DNA from: Acidimicrobiales bacterium
GTDB taxonomy: Bacteria; Actinomycetota; Acidimicrobiia; Acidimicrobiales; RAAP-2
Direction of reading: 5' to 3'
Length of the DNA stretch: 64,000 nt
NCBI GenBank assembly: GCA_035552395.1
Contig: DASZLL010000044.1
Span: forward strand, 10,371 to 74,370
This document shows, in pieces, positions 27,558 through 36,608 of this stretch (position 1 is its first letter; every line of letters starts with the position of its first letter). Position numbers and translations under genes: made by a program. The notes under the pieces were generated by a model. That model saw nothing but the letters and a program-made list of their open reading frames with translations, searched no databases and was not told the DNA's origin.

Positions 27558-28319
27558 ATGTACGACGCGTTCGGGCACCCCCAGTCGGTCGTCGTCCTCG
27601 GTGGTACCTCCGATATCGCGCGGGAAGTCGTCAAGCTCATGGCGGCACAGCGCTGCAGGACCATCGTGCTCGCCGGCCGCGATATGCAGGCGCTAGAGCG
27701 AACCGCGGGTGAGCTCGCCCGTACTGTGACCAACGTGGCCACGGTGGCCTTTGGCGCCACGGCGACCGACGGGGTCGAAAAGATCGTCAATGTTTGCTTT
27801 GAGGCGGCGGGCGAGCCAGTGGACCTCGTCATCATGGCGGTCGGGGAACTGGGGAACCAGGAGGAAGACGAATCCGATCCGGATCGGGTCGCGCAGATGC
27901 TGACGGTGAACGTCACCTGGCCCGCTGCCGCGCTGACCGCCATCACCCGGCGTCTGCAGCAGCAGGGTCACGGCCGGATCGTCGTGCTTTCGTCGGTGGC
28001 GGGCTACCGTGTGCGGCGCTCCAACTTCATCTACGGCGCGGCCAAGGCAGGCCTCGATGGCTTCGCACTCGGCCTCAGCGAGGCCGTGCGCGGCACCGGG
28101 ATCTCGGTGCACGTGGTCCGGCCGGGATTCGTCCACACCAAGATGACGGCCGGACGGCCGGCGGCTCCGTTGGCCGTCGGTCCCGAACGCGTGGCGAGCG
28201 ATGTCATCCGTGGTCTTGCACGCGGAGAAACCGTGATTTGGTCGCCGGGCGCACTGAAGTACGTCTTCTCCATCCTGCGGCTTCTCCCCCAGGCGCTCTG
28301 GCGTCGAATGCCCGGCTGA
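27558..28319 (+). CDS. SDR family oxidoreductase, DprE2-like (decaprenylphospho-erythro-pentofuranosid-2-ulose 2-reductase-like)
   Basis: 253 aa. The N-terminus FGHPQSVVVLGGTSDIAREV closely resembles the mycobacterial DprE2 N-terminus. The YGAAK catalytic motif is present. No DprE1 gene is adjacent. Confidence 0.7.
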   Translation: MYDAFGHPQSVVVLGGTSDIAREVVKLMAAQRCRTIVLAGRDMQALERTAGELARTVTNVATVAFGATATDGVEKIVNVCFEAAGEPVDLVIMAVGELGNQEEDESDPDRVAQMLTVNVTWPAAALTAITRRLQQQGHGRIVVLSSVAGYRVRRSNFIYGAAKAGLDGFALGLSEAVRGTGISVHVVRPGFVHTKMTAGRPAAPLAVGPERVASDVIRGLARGETVIWSPGALKYVFSILRLLPQALWRRMPG

Positions 28320-28325
28320 GGGTTG

Positions 28326-28598
28326 ATGCTCTTTCTCGAATACGACGTCCTTCCCGACGGCGAGATCGAACTTGTCGCCCTCGTGAACGCCGTGGACGAG
28401 GACGGGCTCGACCCCGACGGATCCTCCTGGATGCAGTGGCGCGTCGCGGAGTTCGACGACGAGGGGCTCGGCTGCGTGGGTGTCGAGCCGGCCGACCTGG
28501 CGCGGATGGAACAGACGGAGGACCCCGAGGTGCTCCGTGGCATCGTGGAGCGCATCATCCTGGACGACCGGTCCGCCAAGGAAGATGGCTCTTCGTGA
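28326..28598 (+). CDS. Hypothetical small acidic protein (about 90 aa)
   Basis: High GC3 throughout the frame and a strongly Asp/Glu-rich product. Its stop overlaps the next gene's start (GTGA). No family recognised. Confidence 0.5.
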   Translation: MLFLEYDVLPDGEIELVALVNAVDEDGLDPDGSSWMQWRVAEFDDEGLGCVGVEPADLARMEQTEDPEVLRGIVERIILDDRSAKEDGSS

Positions 28599-28801
28599 GC
28601 ACCACCCGGTCACAGCTCTATCGGCTGGCGCGTGATCTCGGGAATGTCGAAGCGGTGCAGCACGGGTACCGGCGGGGTGGCCTCTCCGGCGCCGCCGGTG
28701 GAGCGGCCCAGCGCGAGGCCCGACGCGTGATCTATCGCCAGGGGAATCGCCAGATCAACCGGTTCGTCCGAGCCCTCGGCCTGTCACCGAGGCGTCGCTA
28801 G
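28595..28801 (+). CDS. Hypothetical small basic protein (68 aa, LYRLARDLGNVEAV motif)
   Basis: An in-frame GTG at 28595 overlaps the upstream stop. The product is Arg-rich. The frame has GC3 bias. The 3' end overlaps the convergent DDN gene by 47 nt. Confidence 0.45.
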   Translation: MSTTRSQLYRLARDLGNVEAVQHGYRRGGLSGAAGGAAQREARRVIYRQGNRQINRFVRALGLSPRRR

Positions 28802-29234
28802 GACCGTTGGGTCCCGCGGGCACGCCCTCGAGGACGACCAAGGGGATGCTCGGGCCCGCCTGGCGCTCGATGTTGCGAAGCTCCGGGGCACCGAGCTTCA
28901 TGAGGTCGAACAGACGATCCCGCTCCTCCCCCTGCATCAGGATCGCCCATCCGTCGTACGCTTTGTCTCTCAGCTCGACGGTCACCGCAGGGTTCGCCAC
29001 GAGATTGTGAAACCAGGCTGGGTGTCGTGGGGCTCCCCCATTTGACGCCACCACGAAGACTTGGCAGGCATCGACGTTGAAACCAAGAGGAACGGTCACA
29101 CCCCGACCACTCCGAGCTCCGGTGGTGGTGAGCAGCAACACCGGAAACCCAAGTCCGGCCACCTCTCGGCCGTGAGCTCGAAACTCGTCGATGACGCTCG
29201 CGTTGCCCTGCAAGGCGTCGTCGCCCGTTGACAT
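28755..29234 (-). CDS. Deazaflavin (F420H2)-dependent nitroreductase family protein (DDN-like)
   Basis: 159 aa. Motifs seen: LLLTTTGARSGRGVTVPL and VVASNGGAPRHPAWFHNLVANPAVTVE. Confidence 0.8.
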   Translation of the reverse strand: MSTGDDALQGNASVIDEFRAHGREVAGLGFPVLLLTTTGARSGRGVTVPLGFNVDACQVFVVASNGGAPRHPAWFHNLVANPAVTVELRDKAYDGWAILMQGEERDRLFDLMKLGAPELRNIERQAGPSIPLVVLEGVPAGPNGPSDASVTGRGLGRTG

Positions 29235-29262
29235 CTCGGATACCGCTCGGGTTTCTTTCGAC

Positions 29263-30849
29263 CTAGTCGTCGGCGGAAGAGGAGACCTTCGCTGGCGCCA
29301 CTGCCTGGGTTTTGGCCACCGCCTTCGTTATATCCGCCCGACGGATCAGCAGGAACGTGACGGGAACGCCGGCGAGGCCGATCAGCCCGCACACCCACAG
29401 CGCCCACTCGTAGCCCCCGGTAAGGGCGGCCGCGGTGCTCGAGCCGTGGTGGAGCAACGCGTGAAAACGGGACGTGACGATCGAAGAGGCAATGGCCACT
29501 CCGATGGCGCCGCCCAACTGCTGGGACGTGTTGAGCAGCCCAGAGGCGACGCCCGCGTCGCGGTCGGTTACGCCGGCGAGAGCTCCGATGGACACCGGAA
29601 TGAAGGTAAAGGCCGTCCCCATGCCTGACACGAAGAACGGGCCCGCCAGGTCGTGCCAAAAGGTGCCGTGCACCGGAATCTGCGTCGCCCAGAGGACGCC
29701 AGATCCGATCAGCACCATGCCGAAGGCCATCACGATCTTGGCCGACGACTTGGTGACCAACATTTGCGACACTCCCGCGAAGGCGACTGAGGTCAGGGAG
29801 GCAGTCAACCAAGTGACGCCGGTCTTCAGGGCCGAGAAACCAAGGACATCTTGCATGTAGAGGGTCCCAACGAAGACGAAGGTGTAGAAGCTCGCCGTGA
29901 GCAAGAACCCCACGGCGTTCGAGCCGGCGACGGTGGTCAGCCGGAACAGACGCAGGGGCAGCAGCGGGGACGCGACCCGGGTCTCGATGACGAGGAACAT
30001 CGTGAGGAGCGCCCCCGCCACCACGAGCATCAGGACGGTCTGCGGAACCGCCCAGCCGGCCTGCGGTGCCTGGGAGATGGCGTAGACAAAGAGCACCAAT
30101 GCCGCGGTGACGGACAGGGCCCCGAAGGGGTCGTACCGACGGCGTTCCCCCTGAAGGCGGCTTTCCGGCACCACCTTGGGCGCCAGGAGGAGTGCGAACC
30201 CGCCGATCGGCACGTTCAAGAAGAAGATGTACCGCCAGCCGACATAGGTGGTGAGCACCCCTCCTGCTAGGAGGCCGACGGTTGCGCCCATGGCACCCGT
30301 GGCGCCCCAGATGCCCAGCGCCTTGTTGCGCTCCGCACCCTCTGGGAACATGTTCATGACGATGGAGAGCGCCGCCGGCAGCACCACAGCGGCGCCGAAG
30401 CCTTGAAGGCCACGCATCACGATGAGGAAGGTGTCCGTCGTGGCGAGACCGCAGGCGAGCGACGCGGCACTGAAGATGGCCAGGCCGACCATGAGCAACC
30501 GTCGCCGGCCGAGGAGGTCTGCGGCTCGGCCCCCGAGGAGCAGGAAGCCTCCGAATGTCAGACCGTAGGCCGTGACGACCCACTGGAGATCCGACTGGAG
30601 GAAATGCAATTTTGAACCGATCGTGGGCAACGCCACGTTGACGATCGTGAGATCGACGATGGTCATGAAGTAGGCCACGACCAGCAATGCGAAGGCTCGC
30701 CACCGCCGGAACGGGATGACCGGCCCCGGACCAGACTTGCTCTCGGCCCACCCGGCAAAAGGCGGAGCGGGGCGGTGCGACCCGAGCGGCAGGACATCGG
30801 AGTTGAGCGAACTCATCATTTGCCTCCTTGCGACCACATTGAGGTTCAT
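29263..30849 (-). CDS. MFS transporter, DHA2 (EmrB/QacA, 14-TMS) family
   Basis: 528 aa. Motifs seen: TIVNVALPTIGSKL and GGRAADLLGRRR (motif A). About 14 hydrophobic segments. Confidence 0.9.
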   Translation of the reverse strand: MNLNVVARRQMMSSLNSDVLPLGSHRPAPPFAGWAESKSGPGPVIPFRRWRAFALLVVAYFMTIVDLTIVNVALPTIGSKLHFLQSDLQWVVTAYGLTFGGFLLLGGRAADLLGRRRLLMVGLAIFSAASLACGLATTDTFLIVMRGLQGFGAAVVLPAALSIVMNMFPEGAERNKALGIWGATGAMGATVGLLAGGVLTTYVGWRYIFFLNVPIGGFALLLAPKVVPESRLQGERRRYDPFGALSVTAALVLFVYAISQAPQAGWAVPQTVLMLVVAGALLTMFLVIETRVASPLLPLRLFRLTTVAGSNAVGFLLTASFYTFVFVGTLYMQDVLGFSALKTGVTWLTASLTSVAFAGVSQMLVTKSSAKIVMAFGMVLIGSGVLWATQIPVHGTFWHDLAGPFFVSGMGTAFTFIPVSIGALAGVTDRDAGVASGLLNTSQQLGGAIGVAIASSIVTSRFHALLHHGSSTAAALTGGYEWALWVCGLIGLAGVPVTFLLIRRADITKAVAKTQAVAPAKVSSSADD

Positions 30850-30913
30850 GACGGTTCAAACTGAACTCGCCTCCAAAAATAGGCGGTCATCAGTGCCACG
30901 AGAGGAGAAGCAG

Positions 30914-31297
30914 ATGGAGATACAGACCAACCAGCCGTCAGTGAGGGGTCCGGCTGACTTCTTCACCGGCGACGTCTGGATCGACGCCGTCGCCCGGGGC
31001 CCTGTGCCTGCGCGTCTCAATGTCAACGCCGTGCATTTCGCTCCGGGCGCACGTACGGCCTGGCACTCCCACGACGGCGGTCAGACCCTCTACGTCACCG
31101 AGGGTAAGGGGCAGGTCCAGTCTCGGGGGGATCGCCTGATGGAGATTCGACCAGGTGACGTGGTCTCCACTCCCGACGGCGAGGAGCACTGGCACGGTGC
31201 GGCTCGCGACCATTTCATGACCCACCTCTCAATCACCCAGGGCGACGCGCACTGGGGGGATCAGGTGACCGACGCCGAATACGGGGGCGAATCGTGA
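30914..31297 (+). CDS. Cupin domain protein
   Basis: ATG 30914 is in frame within ORF 30716..31297. The cupin motifs are GARTAWHSHDGGQTLYVTEG and PDGEEHWHGA. Confidence 0.8.
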   Translation: MEIQTNQPSVRGPADFFTGDVWIDAVARGPVPARLNVNAVHFAPGARTAWHSHDGGQTLYVTEGKGQVQSRGDRLMEIRPGDVVSTPDGEEHWHGAARDHFMTHLSITQGDAHWGDQVTDAEYGGES

Positions 31298-31590
31298 ACC
31301 GAGCGACCGTCTGAAATCGGCTCCGGTACCGCAGCGAAGGAACCAACCGAACCCGTCGGTCGGGCAGGTGATCCCGAGCGAGGGTGACGCGCGGACGCGT
31401 GATTTCGAAGAAGGCTTGGTGTTCGAAAGAACCGGGATGGCGTCCCAGAGCGCAAGAGCTGAGGGTCCGGTAGGAGCAGGGGCCATGACCTGTCCCTTGA
31501 ATCTGTGAGGGGCTTCGGAACGCACCACGATGGCCGGCGTCTGCGTCTTCGGGCTGCCGAAGCGCCAAGCTCTGCGCTGGAGCCCTTCTC

Positions 31591-32829
31591 CTACGCGACC
31601 CGGGGGTTCTCGAGCACGAGCGCCACCCCCTGGCCGGAACCGACGCAAACGCCCAGGACGCCGTAGCGGAGGTCACGCAGATGGAGCTCCGTGGCCAGAG
31701 TGAGGACGTAACGAGTCCCTGACGAACCGAACGGATGACCGATCGCCACGGCCCCGCCGTTGGGGTTGAGCCGATCATCCGGAACCTCAAAGCCGTCGAG
31801 CTGTACCGTCAGCTCTCTCAGCTCGCCGAGCGCCTGGGCGGCGAACGCCTCGTGGATCTCCCAGACATCGATGTCAGCCGGCGCGAGTCCGGCACGCTTG
31901 AGTGCAGCTGCGATGGCAAAGGCGGGAGCGATCCCCATGTACTGCGGGTCGAGGGCATAGGTCGACGATGCGACCACTCGAGCTAAAGGCTCGATGCCCA
32001 ACGCCTGGGCCGACTCCATGCTCGCCAGGACCACCGCGCTGGCACCATCACTCAGCGGCGAGGAATTCCCCGCCGTCATCTGTGTCGTGTTGGGTTGCGG
32101 GGGAAGGGCAGCAAGCTGTTCGAGGGTCGTGTCACCTCGGATGACCTCGTCGTGCTCAAAGGTCCGTGCGGGTTCCTTGCGAGTACCCGCGATCTCGACC
32201 GGGTGGATCTCGGCCGCGAACCGACCGGAGTCCCGGGCCGCAGCTGCATGCTGGTGAGAACGGAAAGCGAAGGCGTCGATCTCCTCGCGAGTGAGTTTGT
32301 AGCGATCCGCCACGTTCTGCGCCGTCTTGATCATGTCGACGTACGCATTGCGAGCCAGCAGCACCGGGTTCGGAGGGCCGCCCGCTCCTGCCCACATGGT
32401 GTCCAGCAAGAGGATGGGGCCCCGGGGACTGAAGGGCGCGTCCCCTTTCATCTGGGCCCACCCTGAACGGGACATCGACTCGACCCCACCCGCCAAGCCA
32501 ACGCCGAGCTCGCCGCACCGGATGGCATGAGCGATCGAAATTGCGCCAGTCAGCGAAGACGCGCAGAACCGATTGATGGTCACGGCGGGCACGGAGTCGG
32601 GGAACCCCGCGGCAAGCGCGCCCCAGCGCGCGATGTCTCCCATCCCTTCATGCGCCACGTTCACACAGCCCGCTGAGATGTCCTCGATCTTCTCGAGCGG
32701 GACACCCAGCTTCTGGCAGGTTGCCACCAACGTCTGCCCGAGCAAATCGTCGGTACGTAGATGTGACAATGATCCGCCGTAACGACCGACGGGCGTTCGC
32801 ACTCCACCAAGGACGAATGCTTCCGTCAT
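31591..32829 (-). CDS. Acetyl-CoA C-acetyl/acyltransferase (thiolase II-type)
   Basis: ATG 32829 is preceded by AAGGAGGAG. Motifs seen: VLGGVRTPVGRYGG, NRFCASSL (nucleophile Cys), GHPFGSSG and CVGSGQG. Confidence 0.9.
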   Translation of the reverse strand: MTEAFVLGGVRTPVGRYGGSLSHLRTDDLLGQTLVATCQKLGVPLEKIEDISAGCVNVAHEGMGDIARWGALAAGFPDSVPAVTINRFCASSLTGAISIAHAIRCGELGVGLAGGVESMSRSGWAQMKGDAPFSPRGPILLLDTMWAGAGGPPNPVLLARNAYVDMIKTAQNVADRYKLTREEIDAFAFRSHQHAAAARDSGRFAAEIHPVEIAGTRKEPARTFEHDEVIRGDTTLEQLAALPPQPNTTQMTAGNSSPLSDGASAVVLASMESAQALGIEPLARVVASSTYALDPQYMGIAPAFAIAAALKRAGLAPADIDVWEIHEAFAAQALGELRELTVQLDGFEVPDDRLNPNGGAVAIGHPFGSSGTRYVLTLATELHLRDLRYGVLGVCVGSGQGVALVLENPRVA

Positions 32830-33057
32830 GCTCTCCTCCTTGTTGTCATGGACGCAGCACATCTCGCGGTCAAGTCCGCGGCGACAATTTGCACGATATG
32901 GGCATGTGCGGCACGGCCGTACCCCGGTGAGAACCGGGTCGTCGTCGATCCCCCTCCCGTCATGGACCAGGCAAAATGGGCCGGCTGAGGTGATCGTTGA
33001 CATTTTCGGGGTACGAGCAGACAGTCAGAACGGAAGCCCACCGCGAAGGGATGCGCC

Positions 33058-34509
33058 ATGCCCGAGGACAACGCCCGGCCCACGACCACCGACGCCGGAA
33101 TCCCCGTTGCGAGCAACGAACACTCGCTGACGGTCGGCCCGGACGGACCCATCCTGTTGCAGGACCACTATCTGATTGAGCAGATGGCGAACTTCAACCG
33201 GGAGCGGATCCCGGAGCGGCAGCCACATGCCAAAGGGGGAGGCGCCTTCGGCCATTTCGAAACCACCGCCGATGTCACGCCATTCACCAAGGCTGCGCTC
33301 TTCCAGCCGGGCACGAGAACCGACACGGTGATCCGCTTCTCGACCGTGGCCGGGGAGCGGGGTAGCCCGGACACCTGGCGTGACCCCCGTGGATTCGCAT
33401 TGAAGTTCTACACGTCGGAAGGCAACTACGACATGGTGGGCAACAACACCCCCGTGTTCTTTCTCCGTGACCCGATGAAGTTCCAGCACTTCATCCGCTC
33501 GCAGAAGCGCCGAGCCGATTCCGATCTGCGCGATCACGATATGCAGTGGGACTTTTGGACTCTGTCACCGGAGTCGGCACACCAGGTCACCTGGTTGATG
33601 GGCGACCGCGGGATCCCTAGGTCATGGCGGCACATGAACGGCTACTCGAGTCACACCTACATGTGGGTCAACGCCAAGAACGACAGATTTTGGGTGAAGT
33701 ATCACTTCAAAACCGAACAAGGTGTCGATTTCCTCGCCCAGGAGGAGGCGGACCGGATTGCCGGCGAGGACGGTGACTACCACCGCCGCGACCTGTTCGA
33801 AGCGATCGCGCGTGGTGACCAGCCGAGATGGACGCTGCGGGTGCAGATCATGCCCTTCGAGGAGGCCAGGACGTACCGGTTCAACCCGTTCGACCTCACC
33901 AAGGTGTGGCCGCATGGCGACTATCCATTGCACGAGGTTGGTCGGCTGACCCTGAACCGCAACCCCACCGACTTCCATACCGAGATAGAGCAGGCCGCAT
34001 TCGAGCCGAACAACCTGGTGCCCGGGATCGGCGTCAGCCCCGACAAGATGCTCTTGGGCCGCATCTTCTCCTATGCGGACGCTCACCGCGCCCGGCTAGG
34101 AGTCAACTACAAGCAGATCCCGGTCAACTCACCGATCGCCCCCGTTCACAGCTACAGCAAGGACGGCGCGATGCGGATCCAGAAGGTCTCCGACCCTGTC
34201 TACGCTCCGAATTCTAAGGGCGGCCCGGCCGCCGACCCGGAGCGCTACCCCTACGTCGAGAGGTGGGAGGCCGACGGCGAATTCGTCCACGAGGCCTACA
34301 CGCTTCGACGGGACGACGACGACTGGGGCCAGCCTGGCACTCTCGTACGCGATGTCATGGACGATCACCAACGCGACCGCCTTGTTTCCAACGTGGTTGG
34401 GCACCTAAGTCAGGGGGTGTCTGCACCGGTGCTCGAGCGTGCCGTCGAGTATTGGCGCAACATCGACAAGAAAATCGGCGATCGCATTGCCGAGGGTGTG
34501 TCGGGATGA
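33058..34509 (+). CDS. katA: Monofunctional heme catalase (small-subunit type)
   Basis: 483 aa. Motifs seen: [47 protein letters not shown] and [17 protein letters not shown] (proximal Tyr). Confidence 0.95.
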   Translation: MPEDNARPTTTDAGIPVASNEHSLTVGPDGPILLQDHYLIEQMANFNRERIPERQPHAKGGGAFGHFETTADVTPFTKAALFQPGTRTDTVIRFSTVAGERGSPDTWRDPRGFALKFYTSEGNYDMVGNNTPVFFLRDPMKFQHFIRSQKRRADSDLRDHDMQWDFWTLSPESAHQVTWLMGDRGIPRSWRHMNGYSSHTYMWVNAKNDRFWVKYHFKTEQGVDFLAQEEADRIAGEDGDYHRRDLFEAIARGDQPRWTLRVQIMPFEEARTYRFNPFDLTKVWPHGDYPLHEVGRLTLNRNPTDFHTEIEQAAFEPNNLVPGIGVSPDKMLLGRIFSYADAHRARLGVNYKQIPVNSPIAPVHSYSKDGAMRIQKVSDPVYAPNSKGGPAADPERYPYVERWEADGEFVHEAYTLRRDDDDWGQPGTLVRDVMDDHQRDRLVSNVVGHLSQGVSAPVLERAVEYWRNIDKKIGDRIAEGVSG

Positions 34510-34555
34510 TTGCCGCGTCTTCATCGAGAGGGAGCGCCTGAATCCGCGGTCTGGA

Positions 34556-35584
34556 TCACGACGTCGCAGGGGTCCGCCACAAGTCGATTCCCGCGTCAAC
34601 GGCGTAGCGATCGATGGTTGCGATCTCATTGTCGGTGAACTCGAGGTGGTCGAGAGCGGAGACGTTTTGATCGAGCTGACCGACGCTGCTCGCGCCAATG
34701 AGCACGGAAGTGACCCGACGGTCGCGCAGCGTCCACGCGATCGCCATTTGTGCGAGGGACTGACCGCGCCCGAGTGCGATGTCGTTCAGTGCCCGGATGC
34801 GGGCGAGGTTCTCGTCGTTGAGCATGTCATGCGAAAGTGAGTCGTTGAGCGAGGCCCTGGAACCTGGCGGGATACCGTTGAGGTACCGATCGCTGAGGAG
34901 ACCCTGCGCCAAGACCGAGAAAGCGATGCACCCAACTCCCTCAGCGCTCAGTACGTCGAGGAGGCGGTCTTCGATCCAACGATTGAACATCGAGTACGAC
35001 GGTTGGTGGATGAGGAGCGGGGTCCCGAGATTGCGGAGGATGCTGACCGCCTCGGCGGTCCGCTTGTCGGAGTAGGAGGAAATGCCGACGTAGAGGGCCT
35101 TTCCGGCGGTGACCGCGGTGTGGAGGGCGCCGAGGGACTCTTCGAGGGGAGTCTCCGGGTCGAAGTGGTGATGGTAGAAGATGTCGACGTAGTCAAGACC
35201 GAGTCGCCGCAGGCTTTGCTCGAGGCTCGCAATGAGGTACTTCCGAGAGCCGAGGTCGCCATAGGGTCCTGGCCACATGTCCCAGCCGGCCTTGGTCGAG
35301 ATAACCAATTCGTCGCGGTGGTCGCGGAAGTCGTCTCGGAGGATGCGGGCGAAGTTGGTCTCGGCACTGCCATAGGGCGGTCCGTAGTTGTTGGCCAAGT
35401 CGAAATGAGTGATGCCCAGGTCAAAGGCTCGGCGCACGATGGCGCGTTGGGTGGCGATTGGCCGGTCTTCGCCGAAGTTCTGCCACAGTCCCAGTGACAC
35501 GGCGGGCAAGAGGAGCCCGCTGCGCCCACATCGGCGGTAGGTCATGGCCCGGTAGCGCTCTTCGGCCGGGAGGTAGCCGGTCAC
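34556..35584 (-). CDS. Aldo/keto reductase (YghZ/Gpr-like, L-glyceraldehyde-3-phosphate reductase family)
   Basis: GTG 35584 overlaps the upstream stop (GTGA). The N-terminus ERYRAMTYRRCGRSGLLLPAVSLGLWQNFG parallels E. coli YghZ. FDLANNYGPPYGSAE is also present. Confidence 0.85.
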   Translation of the reverse strand: MTGYLPAEERYRAMTYRRCGRSGLLLPAVSLGLWQNFGEDRPIATQRAIVRRAFDLGITHFDLANNYGPPYGSAETNFARILRDDFRDHRDELVISTKAGWDMWPGPYGDLGSRKYLIASLEQSLRRLGLDYVDIFYHHHFDPETPLEESLGALHTAVTAGKALYVGISSYSDKRTAEAVSILRNLGTPLLIHQPSYSMFNRWIEDRLLDVLSAEGVGCIAFSVLAQGLLSDRYLNGIPPGSRASLNDSLSHDMLNDENLARIRALNDIALGRGQSLAQMAIAWTLRDRRVTSVLIGASSVGQLDQNVSALDHLEFTDNEIATIDRYAVDAGIDLWRTPATS

Positions 35585-36468
35585 GCCTCTGCTCCTTCTT
35601 CCCCGAGTGCCCTTGTGACGATCGTGAGGTCGCGATCGCCGAGCCCGAGCTCGACGACTTGTTGCCATTCGTCCGCCAAGGAGGCAAGCGCCTGGAAGCG
35701 GGCATCCCCATCCGCCTTGAGGGCGAGGTGCACGTCCTTGAGCGCGAGGGACAGCGCGAACTGGACCGAGAAATCACCTTGGGAGATTCGTTGCAACTTC
35801 GCCGCTTGCCATGGGGACACGAGCGGGTTGCCACCCAAAGCGTTCACGACAGTCTCGATCTCGAGCCCCAACCGGCGGGCCAACGCGACGGACGTGTTGA
35901 TCGCCTCGGCTGATAACGCGAGCCACGCATTGGCCGCGAGCTTCAACCGCGACCCCGCCCCAACGGGACCCACCCATATGGTTCGCTGGCCCAGCGCGGC
36001 AAACAGTGGATCCAAACGCGAGCGGACCAGTTCCGAGCCCGAGGCAAAGATCGTCAGCTGACCTCGTTCCGCCGGTTCCTTGCTGCCCGATACCGGCGCA
36101 TCGATGAGAGTCACGTCGGCACGCTCGGCCTCTGCCAGCGCCTGGACGCGTGCGATTCCGTCTACACCGATGGTGCTCATCTGCACCCACACGGCGCCCG
36201 GAGAAAGTGCGGCGAGCATGCCCTGATCCTTAGCGATCGACAAGACGGCGTCCGCGTCCGTCACCATCGTGACAACGATGCCGGCTCGTCGAGCCGCGTC
36301 GTCAGGGGTTTCGGCCACCTCAGCACCCAGGTCAGCGAGGTCGCGGAGTGACCTTGGGTCACGGTTCCAGACGACGGTCGGAACGCCCTCACGGATTGCG
36401 CTCGTCGCCATGGCGCGTCCCATCGTGCCGATGCCCAGAAACGCAACCGGCTCTTCTCCTGGGGCCAT
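35581..36468 (-). CDS. NAD(P)-dependent beta-hydroxyacid dehydrogenase (3-hydroxyisobutyrate/6-phosphogluconate dehydrogenase-like)
   Basis: 295 aa. Dinucleotide motif VAFLGIGTMGRAMA, plus PVSGS and a C-terminal all-helical domain. Confidence 0.85.
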   Translation of the reverse strand: MAPGEEPVAFLGIGTMGRAMATSAIREGVPTVVWNRDPRSLRDLADLGAEVAETPDDAARRAGIVVTMVTDADAVLSIAKDQGMLAALSPGAVWVQMSTIGVDGIARVQALAEAERADVTLIDAPVSGSKEPAERGQLTIFASGSELVRSRLDPLFAALGQRTIWVGPVGAGSRLKLAANAWLALSAEAINTSVALARRLGLEIETVVNALGGNPLVSPWQAAKLQRISQGDFSVQFALSLALKDVHLALKADGDARFQALASLADEWQQVVELGLGDRDLTIVTRALGEEGAEA

Positions 36469-36608
36469 CTCCTCCCCTTTCGATCTGGGTCGGTGGTTCG
36501 GACCGTGACCAGCACCGCGCCGCCCGCGGACCGAGCACCTCCTATAACTCCCCAGAAATGGGCCGGTACAATCCGAAAAGGCTCCCTAACTACCCAGACG
36601 GAGATCCG

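Noticed and set aside
27558-28319. Calling this gene dprE2 outright
   Set aside because: The N-terminal similarity is strong. However, the obligate partner dprE1 is not adjacent, and SDR paralogs are common. I kept it as DprE2-like with no gene symbol.
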